DNA from: Amoebidium appalachense
Lineage: Eukaryota > Protista > Ichthyosporea
DNA: 64,000 nucleotides
NCBI GenBank assembly: GCA_963693365.1
Contig: CAVNZM010000005.1
Location: 5,339,167-5,403,166 of the forward strand
Reading direction: 5' to 3'
The notes beneath the pieces were generated by a model that saw only the letters and a program-made list of their open reading frames with translations, was not told the DNA's origin and searched no databases. Position numbers and translations under genes: made by a program. Shown one piece after another: positions 1-13,641 of the stretch. The first letter of the stretch is position 1; every line of letters starts with the position of its first letter.

Positions 1-399
1 GGGAGAGGGGACGATGCAATTGAGACAGAGTGGGAGGGGAAGGGGAGAGAGGGAAGGGGGGTAGGGGGGAGGGGGGCGTGAGCAAGAGGGAGAAACAGAC
101 ATGCACAAGCATGCGAATAATCATCTCATGTGTTCCACTGCCACCTCTTCCGACCTTCACTCACAACCCACACCCATTCCATCATAACTCATTATCTGTT
201 GCCCCATCAACCTTATACTCACTTACTCACTCACACATGCTCTCTCTCACACAGACGCACACACACAAACAGTCACTCACACTCACTCACACTCACACTC
301 CATCCCCTTTCCCTAAAACATACCACTCACACTCACACTCCACCCCCATTTCCATTTCCCCAAAACATACCACACACTAACACTCACAAACAACAACAG

Positions 400-613
400 A
401 AAGTGTTTGCGGCCCGCATGCGAGCCATCGCAGTGTCCAAAAACTTTGACGTTGCAACGGGATATCCTTTTGCGGAGAAAATTTTGTCGCGGTATGAAAA
501 GGGGGAGATGGGCCTGATGGATCCCCTACCCCTCGAGGTCCAACCTTTGCCCAACACCATCCAAATCGATGGTCGCGGATGCAAGTCTATGGAGGTGCGT
601 GTGTGGGATGAAT

Positions 614-653
<40 letters not shown>

Positions 654-1058
654 GGAGGGGGGGGGGGGGAGGGGGCATGAAAGAAAAGGGAGTGGGTGGG
701 GGCGGGGGTGGAGATGTTGCAGGTGTATTTGAGCCTGGATGGATTTGGGGTTTGGGTGTGTGGGTGTGTGTGTATAGGTACATGTTGGTGTGCCTTTGTG
801 TGTGTTTCTGTAACAAGTGTGCTTGGTTCGTGTACAAGCTTTGGCGAAGTAAAACAGGCTTAGGCAATTGTTAGGCCGGGTGGGTGAGTGAACGAGTAGG
901 GGTGTTTTGTTTTTTTTTTTGCGCGGGGGGGGGGGGGGGGGGGGGGGGTAGTGACATCGTTTATACTTACTGACTTTTTTTTTTCCCCGTAGGACGTATA
1001 CCAATCACGCAAGTTCTGGGAAAAGGCGATAATGGTTGGAGAAAAGTAACCCTCCCCA

Positions 1059-1105
<47 letters not shown>

Positions 1106-1220
1106 ACACACACACACACACACACACACGCCCGCGCAAGCACACTCGCAAGTACATATGCTATCTGCAGTCCAAGCTTCCTCTCTCTCTCTTTCTCTCT
1201 CTCTTCTACCCCCCCCCCCC

Positions 1221-1271
<51 letters not shown>

Positions 1272-1392
1272 ACACACACGGCGCACCAGCCCACTTGAAC
1301 CGTCGAACTGCACAACCCACTTCCTTTGTGAGCTTAACATGTGCGTGCATATGTGCTTTTAGGTGTGTTTGGGGGGGTGGGGGGTGGGGGGG

Positions 1393-1437
<45 letters not shown>

Positions 1438-1793
1438 GGAAGGGGGGGGGGGGGGGGGGGGGAGTATTCTGTTATGTCTGATCTGCTCCTAAACAAAGCG
1501 ACATGTTTCCTTGTGCTGATGTTCTTAACAGTTCGGTCGATGTATGGGACACTTTTTCATTCCCCTATCCCCTAACCCCACATCCCAGCCTAACCATCTG
1601 ACATTGTCCCCCCCCCCCCCCCCCCCCCCCTCCCCGGCGTTTCCTCTCCTTTTTCCTCCCTTGGTTCAGTGACTGCGAGAGGAGGCGGATTAAGCTAAGG
1701 GACTGGGTGAATGGAGTCGTGAACAAGGTAACCCTGTTACAATGGCCGTAATCAAACAGACAGAGGGGAGAAGCAGGGAAAGAGGGGCCCCCC

Positions 1794-1826
<33 letters not shown>

Positions 1827-2822
1827 AACGAAAGGGGGAGGGGAAGAAAGAGTGGGTGTTGGGGGGGTGAGGGTGTCGGGGGATGGAGGGACGGGGAGGA
1901 AGCAATAGAATGTGTGGATCAACACACATTTTTGGTTGCATCCCTCCGACCTTAGGTCAAAACCCCAGCTGGCCAGGTTTCATTAGAGATAACTTACTGC
2001 AATCGTTTGCATATAAATCAGTGTAAACTGAAGAAAATGTTAGTTTTCACGGATGCCCTCGAGTCAATTAAGAGGAGGTTTGGTTTACACAGTCTTTATT
2101 TAACCAATCGATGTATTTTTTTCACTACTTTTTACTACATGTGCGTATAACGCTCTAACAACTCACCACGACGATAATCAATTAGAATCAATCAAGCCCC
2201 TGCGAAGGGGCATTCAACCAATGTATTCAGAAAAGTACTTGCGTGATCACCCTTCCTGATGCGTCTTTTACACCCCCTCTATCATAGTCTCCCCAAACCC
2301 CACCGACCGAGACGCTTTCCTGCAAATTGAGTCTGGCACCATGCACACTGACCTGAAATTCCTCTTCCTCTTTACCTCTGCTTTTCGTTGGCGTCATTGT
2401 TTGCCTCCTTTCGTCCTTATTTTCTGCGCCGGGGGGGGGGGGTAGCACAGAGATTCTAATCAAAATTGCCCTTCCCAGCAACAGAGCCTCGCATCGCAGC
2501 AGGAGCCCAAGAGGTATCATATCCCTCCCCCCCCCCCCCCCCCCCCCCCTGGCGTCTGCAGAGGCCCTTTGAAAACACACCGTATAAGCATGGGAGTCTC
2601 CGAGTCCTTGCAACTTCTTTTCCCTACGAAGTCCCTTTCATTTTCATCTCCCTTGCACACCTATCAATGTTAGCCTATGTCCACCCGCACCATTCGTGGC
2701 ATACTTCGGTCACTGTTTTGTCTTGCATTCGGAAAATCGTTCGAGTATATCGTAATACGAACTAGAGTTTACCCTTATTGGTGCAATCCTTCTTCTCCCC
2801 CCCCCTCCCCCCTCCCCCCCCC

Positions 2823-2858
<36 letters not shown>

Positions 2859-3014
2859 CACTTCCCGCTTCCTGTTTACTAACATAGCGCCGTGCTCTTT
2901 CAAGTGAGACTCTCCCCCACAATCCCTCCATGTGCATGGCTTGACACGTATATGCATGTGCCCGAACCTTGTCTGCCCGCATTTCCCACTCACACTCACC
3001 CTCGGCAACGACAG

Positions 3015-3081
<67 letters not shown>

Positions 3082-3184
3082 CGAAGAAGTCAACAAGCCA
3101 CCAACTGAAAAACAGGCGAAAAAGAGCCTTGGAAGAGCCGTGGCTCCACGACCGAAAAAACGGGCAGCTGCACGGAAACGCTAG
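400..3184 (+). CDS. 3' part of a spliced gene (5' end outside window), probable patatin/PNPLA (ATGL-like) domain protein; exons 400-594, 993-1045, 1670-1727, 2479-2513, 3079-3184(stop)
   Basis: Five GT-AG-bounded exons join in frame (intron phases 0,2,0,2): [148 protein letters not shown]. The patatin call is a by-eye motif match only (AxxxSxxxxVxxG ... RY..G..D.LPL...NTI ... G..D). Basic, NLS-like C-terminal tail. Confidence 0.6.
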
Positions 3185-3325
3185 ATGAAGCGCTCCCTCT
3201 AATCCTGCAACCGGGTGTGTCGTGATGATTTTTGTGACGGTGATAAACTTTGCAAGTTTCAGTTACGATATTTTCTCCTTGTGATGTTGGTGGTGTGTAT
3301 GTTTGTGTTTGTCTGTGTGCGCGGT

Positions 3326-3364
<39 letters not shown>

Positions 3365-3668
3365 TTGCACAGGGGCAGAGGATGGGTGACTCTGTGTACG
3401 TGTATGCAGTAGAATTTTCGTCTTTGAACTGTTGTGCCTCGAAGTTCTTGTGGAGAATTGTATTGTGGATACGCCTTGGGCTTTTTTGGTTGTTGTTGTG
3501 CATGTTTTTTTTTTAGGGGGGCAACACTGCCAGCCTTCCAAAATATTTTGGGTTTCAGAAGCATGGAGCTTGTACGATTATTGGGTTGCAGAATATGTGC
3601 GAACCCACCGCCTTAGCAGCTTGATGATATCTGTATCAGGTTGCAGCAATACCCGAGAAAATTGATTG

Positions 3669-3866
3669 GGGATGGGTAGCGGGGTGGGGTGGGGGAAGGA
3701 ACATTATTATTAATATTAGTTGTCGTTGGAGAAAATGGATGGGGTAGGGAGAGGGGGGCGGGGTGGGGGAAGGAACATTAGTTGTCGTTCGAGAAAATGG
3801 ATGGGGTGGGGGATGGGGGGTGGGGTGGGGGAAGGAACATTATTAATATATATTAGTTGTCGTTTG
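3669..3866. repeat. Degenerate minisatellite, about 3 units of 60-75 bp
   Basis: Recurring unit gggg(t)ggggaaggaacatta(ttattaatatt)agttgtcgtt(c/g)gagaaaatggatggggt. Confidence 0.75.
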
Positions 3867-4809
3867 GGCCGGATTGAGGACCCGGTGTGGATGAACAAAC
3901 ACCAGTCTTGCGACGTGTAACTACGACTATGCTCCTTATACGAATGATGCCCAGTATGCATAATAAAAGGACTAAACGAGAAACGTTGCCTGTGCCCCTG
4001 GGCCATCCTTCCATCTGGATCCAAGCATACGGGTGGGACACACCAAGATGATCCTGCAGCTGTGTCCACCTGCCACCGTGGCACCTTTATGCACATGCAT
4101 GGAGCTCGAGACACACACCGGCCGGGCGGATGAGCCATAGTATGTAACTTCAGTTCACGATCAAGGCTCAGGTTTCAAGTTCAATACACATGCATGTGCC
4201 TTTTCATGCTGGACCAGCATGAAAAGGCAATTATTGAGCAACAAGGATCTGGGAAAAACGGCAAGCAACTATCTGGCCCGGGCCGAAGATTTCTTCAGTG
4301 AACTTCTCCTAGATGACCACCTTTCCCTGCTTGGGGTCGCTCGGTGCAATTTAGTAATACTGTCGCAATTTACTGATACTGTCGATTTTGTGCTGTGTTT
4401 TTGTCCAATACTATCAGGAAGCCCTTCGGGTGTGAGTACCTCAATCACAATGTTTTTTGTGCCTTCCAAGTTTTTTTGTGGATCCTTGTGCTGAGCCACT
4501 CATCATGATTTTGGCGCCATGTCTCACTACCCGACCAATCATTAAGTGCGATTCCCGTGACCTCATATTCAGCCAACCGGAAACCTTAGATATCACGCAA
4601 GCAAAATAGCGAAACGAACACATGATTTTGCGTTGTATTATAAGTGTGCTGTGTATACTATACAGTACTGTACCAGCCAAAGGAAAACGCAAATAATCAA
4701 AAAAATTTGCTACATTTTAAAAACGGGCTTTTCCTCATAAAACTATGCCTACTAGTAAAAATAAGAAGCAGGGTTATCAGCTTGATCGCCTTCATCAATT
4801 CACCTTTAT

Positions 4810-5415
4810 CCAATCAAAATGTTCTGTTGCTGAATAGTCCATATATGGCTAGTTTTTTTTCCCACAGTATGATATGCCACGGTCTACCGCGGCTCTGAGT
4901 TTGTTTGTGTTTTACCCTTTGTCACTTTTCTCAGTTCAATTCTCAGAAGGCACTTTTTCTCTTGATTCCTAAAGGAAGGTGAGCAAGAATTTTGGTGTCT
5001 TCCTTTCCTCCCCTTCCGTATTCCAGGTGTAATGGTTGATGATTTAGACAGGCTGCGTTGATCTACGCCGGTAGTTGTTTGCTCGGGTTGAAACTGAAAG
5101 ATCTAGGGCTTCTTCACTATATGTCAGATATCGATGTGATGTTTTCTCTTTTACCACGAGCCTGTCGTTTATTCGCCTTTGTCTGGGCACCCTGAATTCT
5201 CGTTTGCAAACCCAATGTCTGTGGTATCCATATTTCCTCTACAGTCCGAAACCCATTTCTTCAACCTCGCCTCTCAAGCTCATTTCGCTCTCATGTTAGA
5301 AAAGCATGCCTCTTGACGCTTGTAGACTTCCTTGGTTTGACTGCCTGGAAGCCAAACACGGCCCTATACTCATGCCTGCACGTACACACTTACAATCACA
5401 CACACAGCAGCAACC
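4810..5415 (+). promoter_or_regulatory. Putative perilipin promoter and 5'UTR with an intron (about 4979-5407/5410)
   Basis: CCAAT at 4810 (also 4535), Inr-like TCAGTT near 4931, donor AAG|GTGAGC at 4979, acceptor CACACAG/CAG just before ATG 5416. Confidence 0.4.
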
Positions 5416-6281
5416 ATGTCGGACACTCAGGCCCCCCAGCAGCCTGCCCAGGAGCAGGCACCCGATGTTTCATTCCTCTCCAGTGTTGGCCAGATGCCCA
5501 TCACCACAGCTGCCGTTGAGCAGGCCACTGCCCTCTACAACTGGGCGAAGGCTCAGGTAGCAATCCTCACCTTCCTCGTTCTCTCTTTCTCTCCCCCTCC
5601 CCCCCTCCCCTCCCCACCTCCCCCCCCCACCTCCCGCCGACTCCCTCGGCCCTGCCCCAACCCTTCTCCTCCCACTCTCCGCCTTCCCCCAGATAACTTC
5701 TCCGTCTTCTCTCCTTCTTTAAAACAACTAGGCTTCCTCTTTCCCCGAACCCGACACTGTCGTAAAGAATAGTGCTTGAATGGTCCAATACCAAGAGTGC
5801 AATTTATCCTGAGATCTATGTACATGTTTTGTTACATCCCCTCGCGAAGCAAATATTCGAGATCTCTAGAATCCAAGCTCCCATTTTGGTGAACTGTGGC
5901 TGCGGGTTCCTTATGTGATGGAAGCCTACATCCACCTCTTTTCCCCTTTTGAATTTCCCTTCACCGTGCCCCATGTTTTCCCTGCTCATGTTGTTGTTGG
6001 TGCTCTCTTCACCCCCAGAACGAGTACATCAAGTACGGTCTGGAGCAGGGTGAGGAGTTGACCCGCAAGGGCGCAGCCACCATCACCAGCACCAGCCTGG
6101 CTCAGCAAGTGTGTGGGAGTGTGTGCATGTTTGTGTGTGTGTGTGTTGGCGTGAGTGCAGGTGGCATTGGTGGTCGAGGAGTGGTTGTGGTAATGGTGAT
6201 GGTGGTGGAAGGAGTGCAGGTGGTGGTGTGGGGGTAGTTTCGATGGTGGGAGAAGTTCCAAGTAGTAGTGGTGGTGTGTGT

Positions 6282-6320
<39 letters not shown>

Positions 6321-6357
6321 GGATGGTTGTGTGTTCTTGTTTTTGTTTTTTTCTCTT

Positions 6358-6393
<36 letters not shown>

Positions 6394-6447
6394 CCCCCCC
6401 CCCTTTTTTTTTTTTTCTTTTCTGTTTTTCTTTTCTTTTTTTTTTTT

Positions 6448-6478
<31 letters not shown>

Positions 6479-6569
6479 GGAGGGGAGAGATTTCGGCATT
6501 GGGGGATGGGTTAACTGTTCAAAGAGGACCGATTTCGATGTGTGTGTGGAGGGGAGGGGGAAGTGGGAC

Positions 6570-6607
<38 letters not shown>

Positions 6608-7472
6608 CTTGTGGCAAGAGGGTGGGATTACCAATTGGCAATGAGGAAAACGGGTGTATACCTGTATGGATGATGGGACAGGTTGGAATATGGTGGTGTG
6701 TGTGTGTGGGGGGGGGGGGGGGGGGGGGGGAGGGGGGGGGAGGATTAGTTGTTTTTTGCTGTGATTTTTTTTCTTCCTGGGGGGGGGGGGGGGGGGGGGT
6801 TGGAGGGGAGAGGGTGGTGTTTATTCAGTTCCTTTTAACGTTTAAGCCAATGGACAGTAACCCTTTTAAGCCATTATTACATTGACTCACCATTCCTGTC
6901 TTGTGATTGGTCCAGGTGGCGCCCAAGCTGCACACTCTGGACAGTGCTGCCGGGCAGAAGCTGGAGGAGCTCAAGAAGTCATACCCACTCATCAACCAGC
7001 CCCCTGAGACCATCTTCCAGGTATGTGCCCTTACCCCCCCCCCCCCCCCCCCCCCCTCAGAAGGTTTGTGTCGGCCTTTTTGGATGTAGCATCGTACGGA
7101 ACGTCACCCCCTCTTCCCATTGGACCCTGCTTCTTCTTTTCGGCTTGCCATTTCCCACCACACCCTTCCTCCTTCCTTCCCTTGCTTCATGCTCTTCATT
7201 CCATTCCATTACTGCCCCCTCCCATATCTTTACCCATTCGTTTTCTCTTTACCTCTTTCCCTTTTCCCTTTTTCAAAAAACATCCAGGCCACGCGTGTGA
7301 AACTCGGCGGGCTTGCGCAAGTTGGGGAGTATGCCCGTGTAGCCACGCAGACACAGGAGCTTCTCAAGACGCAGCTGGCACAGAACTATGAGGTGGCAAA
7401 GACGAAGACAAACGACCTGGTCAAGACCATGCAGGTGCGTGCAAGCGGGATGTTTTTTTTTGGTGTGTGTGT

Positions 7473-7505
<33 letters not shown>

Positions 7506-10336
7506 CGGAAGCTAAGGATTCTGGTAGGAAAGGGTGTGTGTGCTGGGAAATGGGGGGGGGGGGAATGGGGGGGGGGGATGATGGGCCTGTGGTGTCTGTG
7601 GTATGGGGTGGATACCGGAGGGTCTTGGTGGACCGGAAACCCCTGGGGAAGAAGAGGGCTTAACAGATGCATCGCTTAGGCTGTGTTCACTATTTAGGTT
7701 ATTATAATCATTCACATCGCATCTTGACCCTTGGAGCAAATTATCACGCTTGTATTAACCGTTCATCGTTGACCCTCTTTGAGCAAATGCCACGTGTGAA
7801 AAACCTGAATTCTAAACTTTCGGATTGCATTCAACCCTTTAGAAGCTCTACACACTTGTACTACCCGTTCATCATCGACCCTTTCTGATCGAACCACCAC
7901 TTCAAGAATCCCCTAAGAGGTCAAGCAGCAAGCCACCACTTTTGTATTTACCCTTGCAGTAGCCGGTCGTCCATACATTAACCCTCTTTTTTCTTTCCCA
8001 TTCAATCCTCTTAGCCCATTTAGACAGCAAACCCACCACTCTTATATTTGTCTCTTATATTTGCCCTAACTAATATGCTAACTCTTATCCTCTTTCCTCT
8101 TTCTCTCTTTCATTCCTTTTTAAACCAATAGGAGCAAGCCACGACTCTTGTGGAGTACGGCAAGAATCTGAACCTCGACCAGGCCACGGCAGACCTCAAG
8201 AAGACCTACGAGTCAGCCCAGGAGTATGTGGGCAGTGCTCTTGCTGGCGCCTCGGAGAAGGCAAAGACTGGCGCCACAGCTGTCAAGTCTACCATCGAGA
8301 GCTATGCCCCGGCCATCCACACCTCCCAGGTGTGTTTTTCATGCTCTACCCCCCTCCCCCCCCTGCCTTTTCTGTTGCTTTCTCCCCCTTCCTTCTTCCT
8401 ATTCCTGGTCCCCGTTCCCTCGCCTCCCTATCCATCGTGATACACGTGTAACACAACACATTCGTAATAGAAATCATCTTTGCCCATTCCAACACCTCAT
8501 TCACTAAAGATGTTCTATAAAGGTGTCCAACAGTACGCCCACAATGGAATGTAAACCGACCCATTGCAATTCGACCAATTCCTGCACATCCAATTGGTCC
8601 AAATTCCATTACGTCCGCATACAAAGGAATGCAAATCTACCCGATCTGACGCATCTCATTCGTCCAAATGTCATTACATCCGCATACAAATTAATGCAGA
8701 TCTACCCACTTTGGTGCATCCCATTCGTCCAAATTACCTCGTCATACAAAGGAATGCAAATACACCCATCTGACGCATCCCATTGGTGCACACAGGTGAT
8801 CCAGCCCCTGCAGCAGCAGCTTGAATCCCTCAAGGCACAGGTTGAGGCAGCAGCCGAGAAGCTCAAGGGGTCCCTCAACCCACAGCACGTGGCTGCTGCA
8901 GAGGCACTCAAGGCTAAGCTGGAGGATACACTCAAGGTGTGTGTGTGTTGTGGGGGGGGGGGGGGGGGGGGGGGGGGGGTTGATACGGCCATCCTTGCCG
9001 CCATTTCCCTTTACATTTTGCGCGTGACCTTTAGGGAATAAACGTACGTCGTTTGAGATAAACCGTGTTTTAGCGATTTATCAGCAAATGTAACAAGTTA
9101 ATTGGGTCAAAATTTAGCCAATGAAAAGACGACTGAAAAGCCTTTGCGCCGGGCTGCAGCCGATCGGGAGCCGCGCGCGGCTGATCCTTTGGTTGGTTAT
9201 TGACTGGTGACCAATTTTGAAAAAAAACAGGTTTGATCTCGACCAAAGTGTTAGGTTATCCACTTAATATCGTATAAAAAGCGCCCACTTCTGGCAAAAC
9301 AAACCGGTAACTTATGACAAATTACTGTTATATTTTAATAATTTGTTGACAGAAAGTCGATAGTGTGCATTAATCCAGAATAACAAGGTAGTAAAATCTG
9401 ACCTCTAACGCGGTCAATTTCACACGTAGAGACTGATTTTCGAAGTTCGCAAAAAAAAAAAAAAAAAAAAAATTGCGAACCCCATACGTGTGTCCTTCAG
9501 AAAGTCGCATGTTGAAGCCTCTTAAAAACCATCAAGAAGGTACAAAAAGCTATATGTAAACTACAACTTTTGACATATATTATATATTCTGCTGATTTTT
9601 TAAATTTGTTTGAGTGTCTTAACTGGGTTTGTTATGTAGTTACAAGGTAGTAAAGGAGCCCTTTTCGCAGATGGAATAGAAGCCGATAATTTCCACGTCG
9701 GGTTTTTTTTTTTTTTTTGGGATGTGCTTTTGTTATCAGGAGTGCCTGCAAGCGCGATCATTGGACATGGAGCATGACGTCAAAATACCTGAGATCTATA
9801 ACAACATATGGATGCTGATAGTGTGCCAGCCTGCCAGGAACCGTTTGAACAACTTCAACAACAACAAAAACAACTACAATTAATAATAATAATAAATAAA
9901 TAAATAAAAGCCAGAAGATCCTTTATGTATTATCTACTTCGAATCAAGTGCAGCTCTGTATGCATATGCAGGCACAAATATGCCGTGTGCGGTCCATGCA
10001 TGCTGCATATATGCATGCTCGGCCCTGGAACAAGATACTGTGCACTGTTCACGTCACTACAGGGGCGAGTCGCCTATTTTCATATAGCAAACTATAACCC
10101 TCGTATATCTCTAATCCCTTGGTACATGCGGTACATGTTGGTGCACCGGTGCCTTACGTTCACACCTCAGATGTCTGATAACACTAGAAATTGCTGTTAT
10201 CTTAGTTCAGGATATGTGTCGTCACCCATGGATTGACGAGGATCCGGGTTTCAGATGCCATAAGCGACTCAGCCCCGTGCCCCCTATATATATACAGTTG
10301 GCAATTGCACACATACCGAAACACAGTGAAGCATAT

Positions 10337-10387
<51 letters not shown>

Positions 10388-11729
10388 ACGTGACCATACG
10401 TATACGCAGTCCACGACACACACCGCGGCCGCGGCACACATCTACACAGATAGTATACATACACATGTCACTGTGTGTACATCACTATATGTGGTATATA
10501 TTATATGTACACAAACCGTTGTCACACACGCGCACACGCACAAACACATGTACGCGCGCGCACACACACACACAAACATAAGACACACACAAAGTGACAC
10601 GCGCCACATGCATTATCCCACCCCAGTCCCGGTGGGATTCAGATAGGATCGACTGATATATTTGATTTTGGCTGCGGGCTAGGATTTACATAGTAAAAAA
10701 GAGACCACGAAACTCACGTTTTCATAATGACAACTCATATAAACCACTATGTTTTTGAGATCTACATCTCACGTTCTACAAGTATCTATTTTTGTTGTTT
10801 TTTTTCTCCAAAAATAAAAAAATTATAAGGGTAGAAAAAAGCCACCTTGTTGGAAATTGGGCAGTGGAACACTGGTGACCATAAATTTCCAAGCCCCCCC
10901 ATTCGGACACAAAACCGGTAAATTAAAAAGACAAACGATGCACGAATGGGTTCCATTTGTGCACCCCACCAACTCCACAAATTGGTATGGCTGAGGTTGT
11001 AAGGGTTCTCTGTAAAATTGCGTTACCAGAGCAAAGCAAAACGGCCGGCACCGAGGTTGCTAAACACTGTATGCCGCAATCGCAGTTTACTGAGTCGTGT
11101 AAAATGTGGGGGGGGGGATGTGCTGTTTAATAACGACATGGAGGTGAGCTGTGATGAGTTGTCGGCACCAAGGCCAACAGTACTTCCACCCAACAAGATA
11201 TACATGTAAAAAATCGAGGTTACACTTACAACATACAAATCATATGTGAAGATATACGTATCAGGCATACACCTATGTGGAGATTTAATTTTAATTTTAA
11301 CTTTAATTTTTTTAAGAATGTGTAGATTTCCGGTTGCCAAATGCTCTATTGATCAAATTGGCAGAATAATCGGTCGCAAGATGAAGGTTCAACCAAACCC
11401 GGTGTCACCCAAAATGCAAGCATGCGCATTTTGTCAATCGCGGGAAGCGATTGTATAAAAAAAATGGTCGCGAGATGAAGGTTCAACCAAACTGGTTGCC
11501 TCCAGCAAGATTGTAAGACCAACTTGGGGATCGCAGGAAGCAATGTAAGCAATGTAACCGGCGTTTTGATTGGCCCGCTCTTTTATGACTTACCAACCCT
11601 AAACTCATTCAACCCATTGCGGCAAAGCGATTCGCGTAATTTTGGTTGAATGCGAATGTTTGTGCAAACACTAAGGATGGCCGTAGAAGGTGGGTGGGTG
11701 GGTTTTTTTTTTTTGGTGGGTGGGTGGGT

Positions 11730-11771
<42 letters not shown>

Positions 11772-11897
11772 CTGGCTGGGTGGGTGGATGGCCTGCACGT
11801 ATGTATGAATGGGGGGGCAAGTCCTGTGTCGTGTGTCGTGTGGGTTTGGGGCAGGGCGGGTGGGTGGGTTGGTGGGACTTGGGTGGTTGGCAAGAAA

Positions 11898-11935
<38 letters not shown>

Positions 11936-12009
11936 TCTCGGTGTGTGGGTTTGTTTGGCCCATGTTGGTAGTGCTTTGAAAATGTTTGTATGTTTGTTTG
12001 TTTGCTTTT

Positions 12010-12065
<56 letters not shown>

Positions 12066-12364
12066 TTCACATGTGAAGAAATTGGTGGGTTTCCCGTGGC
12101 CTGGTTAAATTTGTGTTGGCGTTTCTAAGAGGTGAAAGGAGACGCCGGGAGGGGAGGGGGGGGTGAAGGGAGGGAGGGATTCAGACGCTCATACATACCT
12201 GTTGCATCCGAGTCACTCTCGTCTCAAATTCACCAACAGTTTCTTGATGTAACGTATTTCCCCTCCTTGTGAACCCATACCGCAAATACACATGCACATG
12301 CACATGCAAGACTGCTCAAGCGTCCACCGGTTGCCTTGTCATTTCTGCACGTACACGTGCACAT

Positions 12365-12419
<55 letters not shown>

Positions 12420-12529
12420 CCTGGGTGCCCGTTAAGGACCACCTTCTTGCCTACGTCACCTCTCAGCAGAACCAGGTTGCCGCTTCCCCTGCCCCCGTCC
12501 AAGCTGCCGAGGCCCCCAAGTCCAGCTAG
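5416..12529 (+). CDS. Perilipin (PAT-family) lipid-droplet protein, about 310 aa; exons 5416-5556, 6019-6108, 6916-7020, 7288-7434, 8132-8329, 8796-8936, 12419-12529
   Basis: Seven exons with GT/AG boundaries, all introns phase 0, open to TAG. The N-terminus matches the PAT domain pattern (SFLSSVGQMPITTAAVEQATALYNWAK..NEYIKYGLEQGE...APKLHTLDSAAGQKLEELKKSYPLINQPPETI), followed by Ala/Lys/Glu-rich amphipathic helices. Confidence 0.85.
8585..8795. repeat. Intronic minisatellite, about 3 units of 60-65 bp, ending at the perilipin exon-6 acceptor
   Basis: Unit ccaaat..cattac(g/a)tccgcatacaaaggaatgcaaatctaccc..tctgacgcatcccattcgt repeated about 3 times; the last copy ends in cattggtgcacacag, the 3' splice site. 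Confidence 0.75.
11372..11492. repeat. 27-bp direct repeat pair in perilipin intron 6
   Basis: ggtcgc(a/g)agatgaaggttcaaccaaac at 11372-11398 and 11466-11492, one mismatch. Confidence 0.8.
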
Positions 12530-13641
12530 ACCCTATTTCATCCAATATTCTTTGTATTTCTGTATGTTTCTGGTTAAATTACGCTGTTGATTTTCCCTCT
12601 TCCGTGTTGTGTTAGGTGCTATACACTAAACGCTTCTGTATTTTCTGCCCATCCATATTGATATAAGGATGCTTGGTGGGGTTCATTTTGATTCGGAACG
12701 TTATGCTCTCTCTATTAGATCAAAACTCCATTATATATGCACCGATGCCATGTAGTACATGTGTAAAAGCGGAATCACCATGCTGGGCCAGCATTGTGAA
12801 CGCCCCAACACTATTATTCTCTTGTTACTACCTTTATGTTGTATCTACTATGATTTTTAAAGCATAAATCGGGTGTTGACTGGTCATTTGTGTTTTAGCT
12901 TTAGATACCATGTCTCGCCTCTCTGGTCCATTTCTTGTTTCTTTACCTGTCTGCTGTCGATGGCAAAATCATGTAGTATTGTAACAAACCCTGTGTGAAT
13001 ATTATCATGTGTACGTATGTTTCTTCGATAGGTTGTTGCTGACCTTTACACCTCTTTGTTCACGTCGCGGTAAGCATGTTCCCAAATACAATTCTTAAGT
13101 GTTCTCATATACACGCTTGCATTGTTCCAACGTGTGTTGGAACTTTCCTCCCGTGGCCTGCATGCGCAGGGAAGGCCTTGATATAATTTGATAATAGTCG
13201 GAGGGAGAAATGCATAGCCTATGTCCCGTTTGTTTAATGTGAACGTGAGGTGAGGTGGTGAGGCGGTTGTATTGAATGCTTAGTTGCCCCAACTATGTGG
13301 CTGTGCGTGTGCGCACGTGCATGTGTGTGTGTGTGTGTTTGTGTGTGTGTGCGCCGTGCGTGCGTGTGCTGCTGCTGCTGCTGCTGCTAATGTGGTACGA
13401 TATCCATCATATGCATGCCGATAAATGTGTGCGTACCCGATGCTCATCTGGTTGTGTGTGCATTTTCGTATGCACAACCGCGTTATTTCCATTTCATCGT
13501 TATCATACGGGCGGGCGAGGCAGGGGGGGGGGAGGGGGGGGGCAGCAAAGTACTATGATGGTGAAGTATGCCTTGCAGCCGGGTGTAGACCCAGAGCTTT
13601 GTGGAACGATGTACATGTGCGGGGCAAGGATCCGTCTGCGG

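Noticed and set aside
1956-2149. Alternative terminal exon for the first gene ([15 protein letters not shown]...)
   Set aside because: AT-rich and not coding-like; the 2479 and 3079 exons give a phase-consistent model with clearer splice sites. Not fully excluded.
9143-9190. GC-rich palindrome agccgcgcgcggct as a Helitron 3' hairpin or terminator
   Set aside because: No CTRR end at the expected distance; bacterial terminators do not apply here.
11372-11492. Repeat-spacer-repeat resembling a CRISPR array
   Set aside because: Only two copies, 67-bp spacer, inside a eukaryotic intron, no cas genes.
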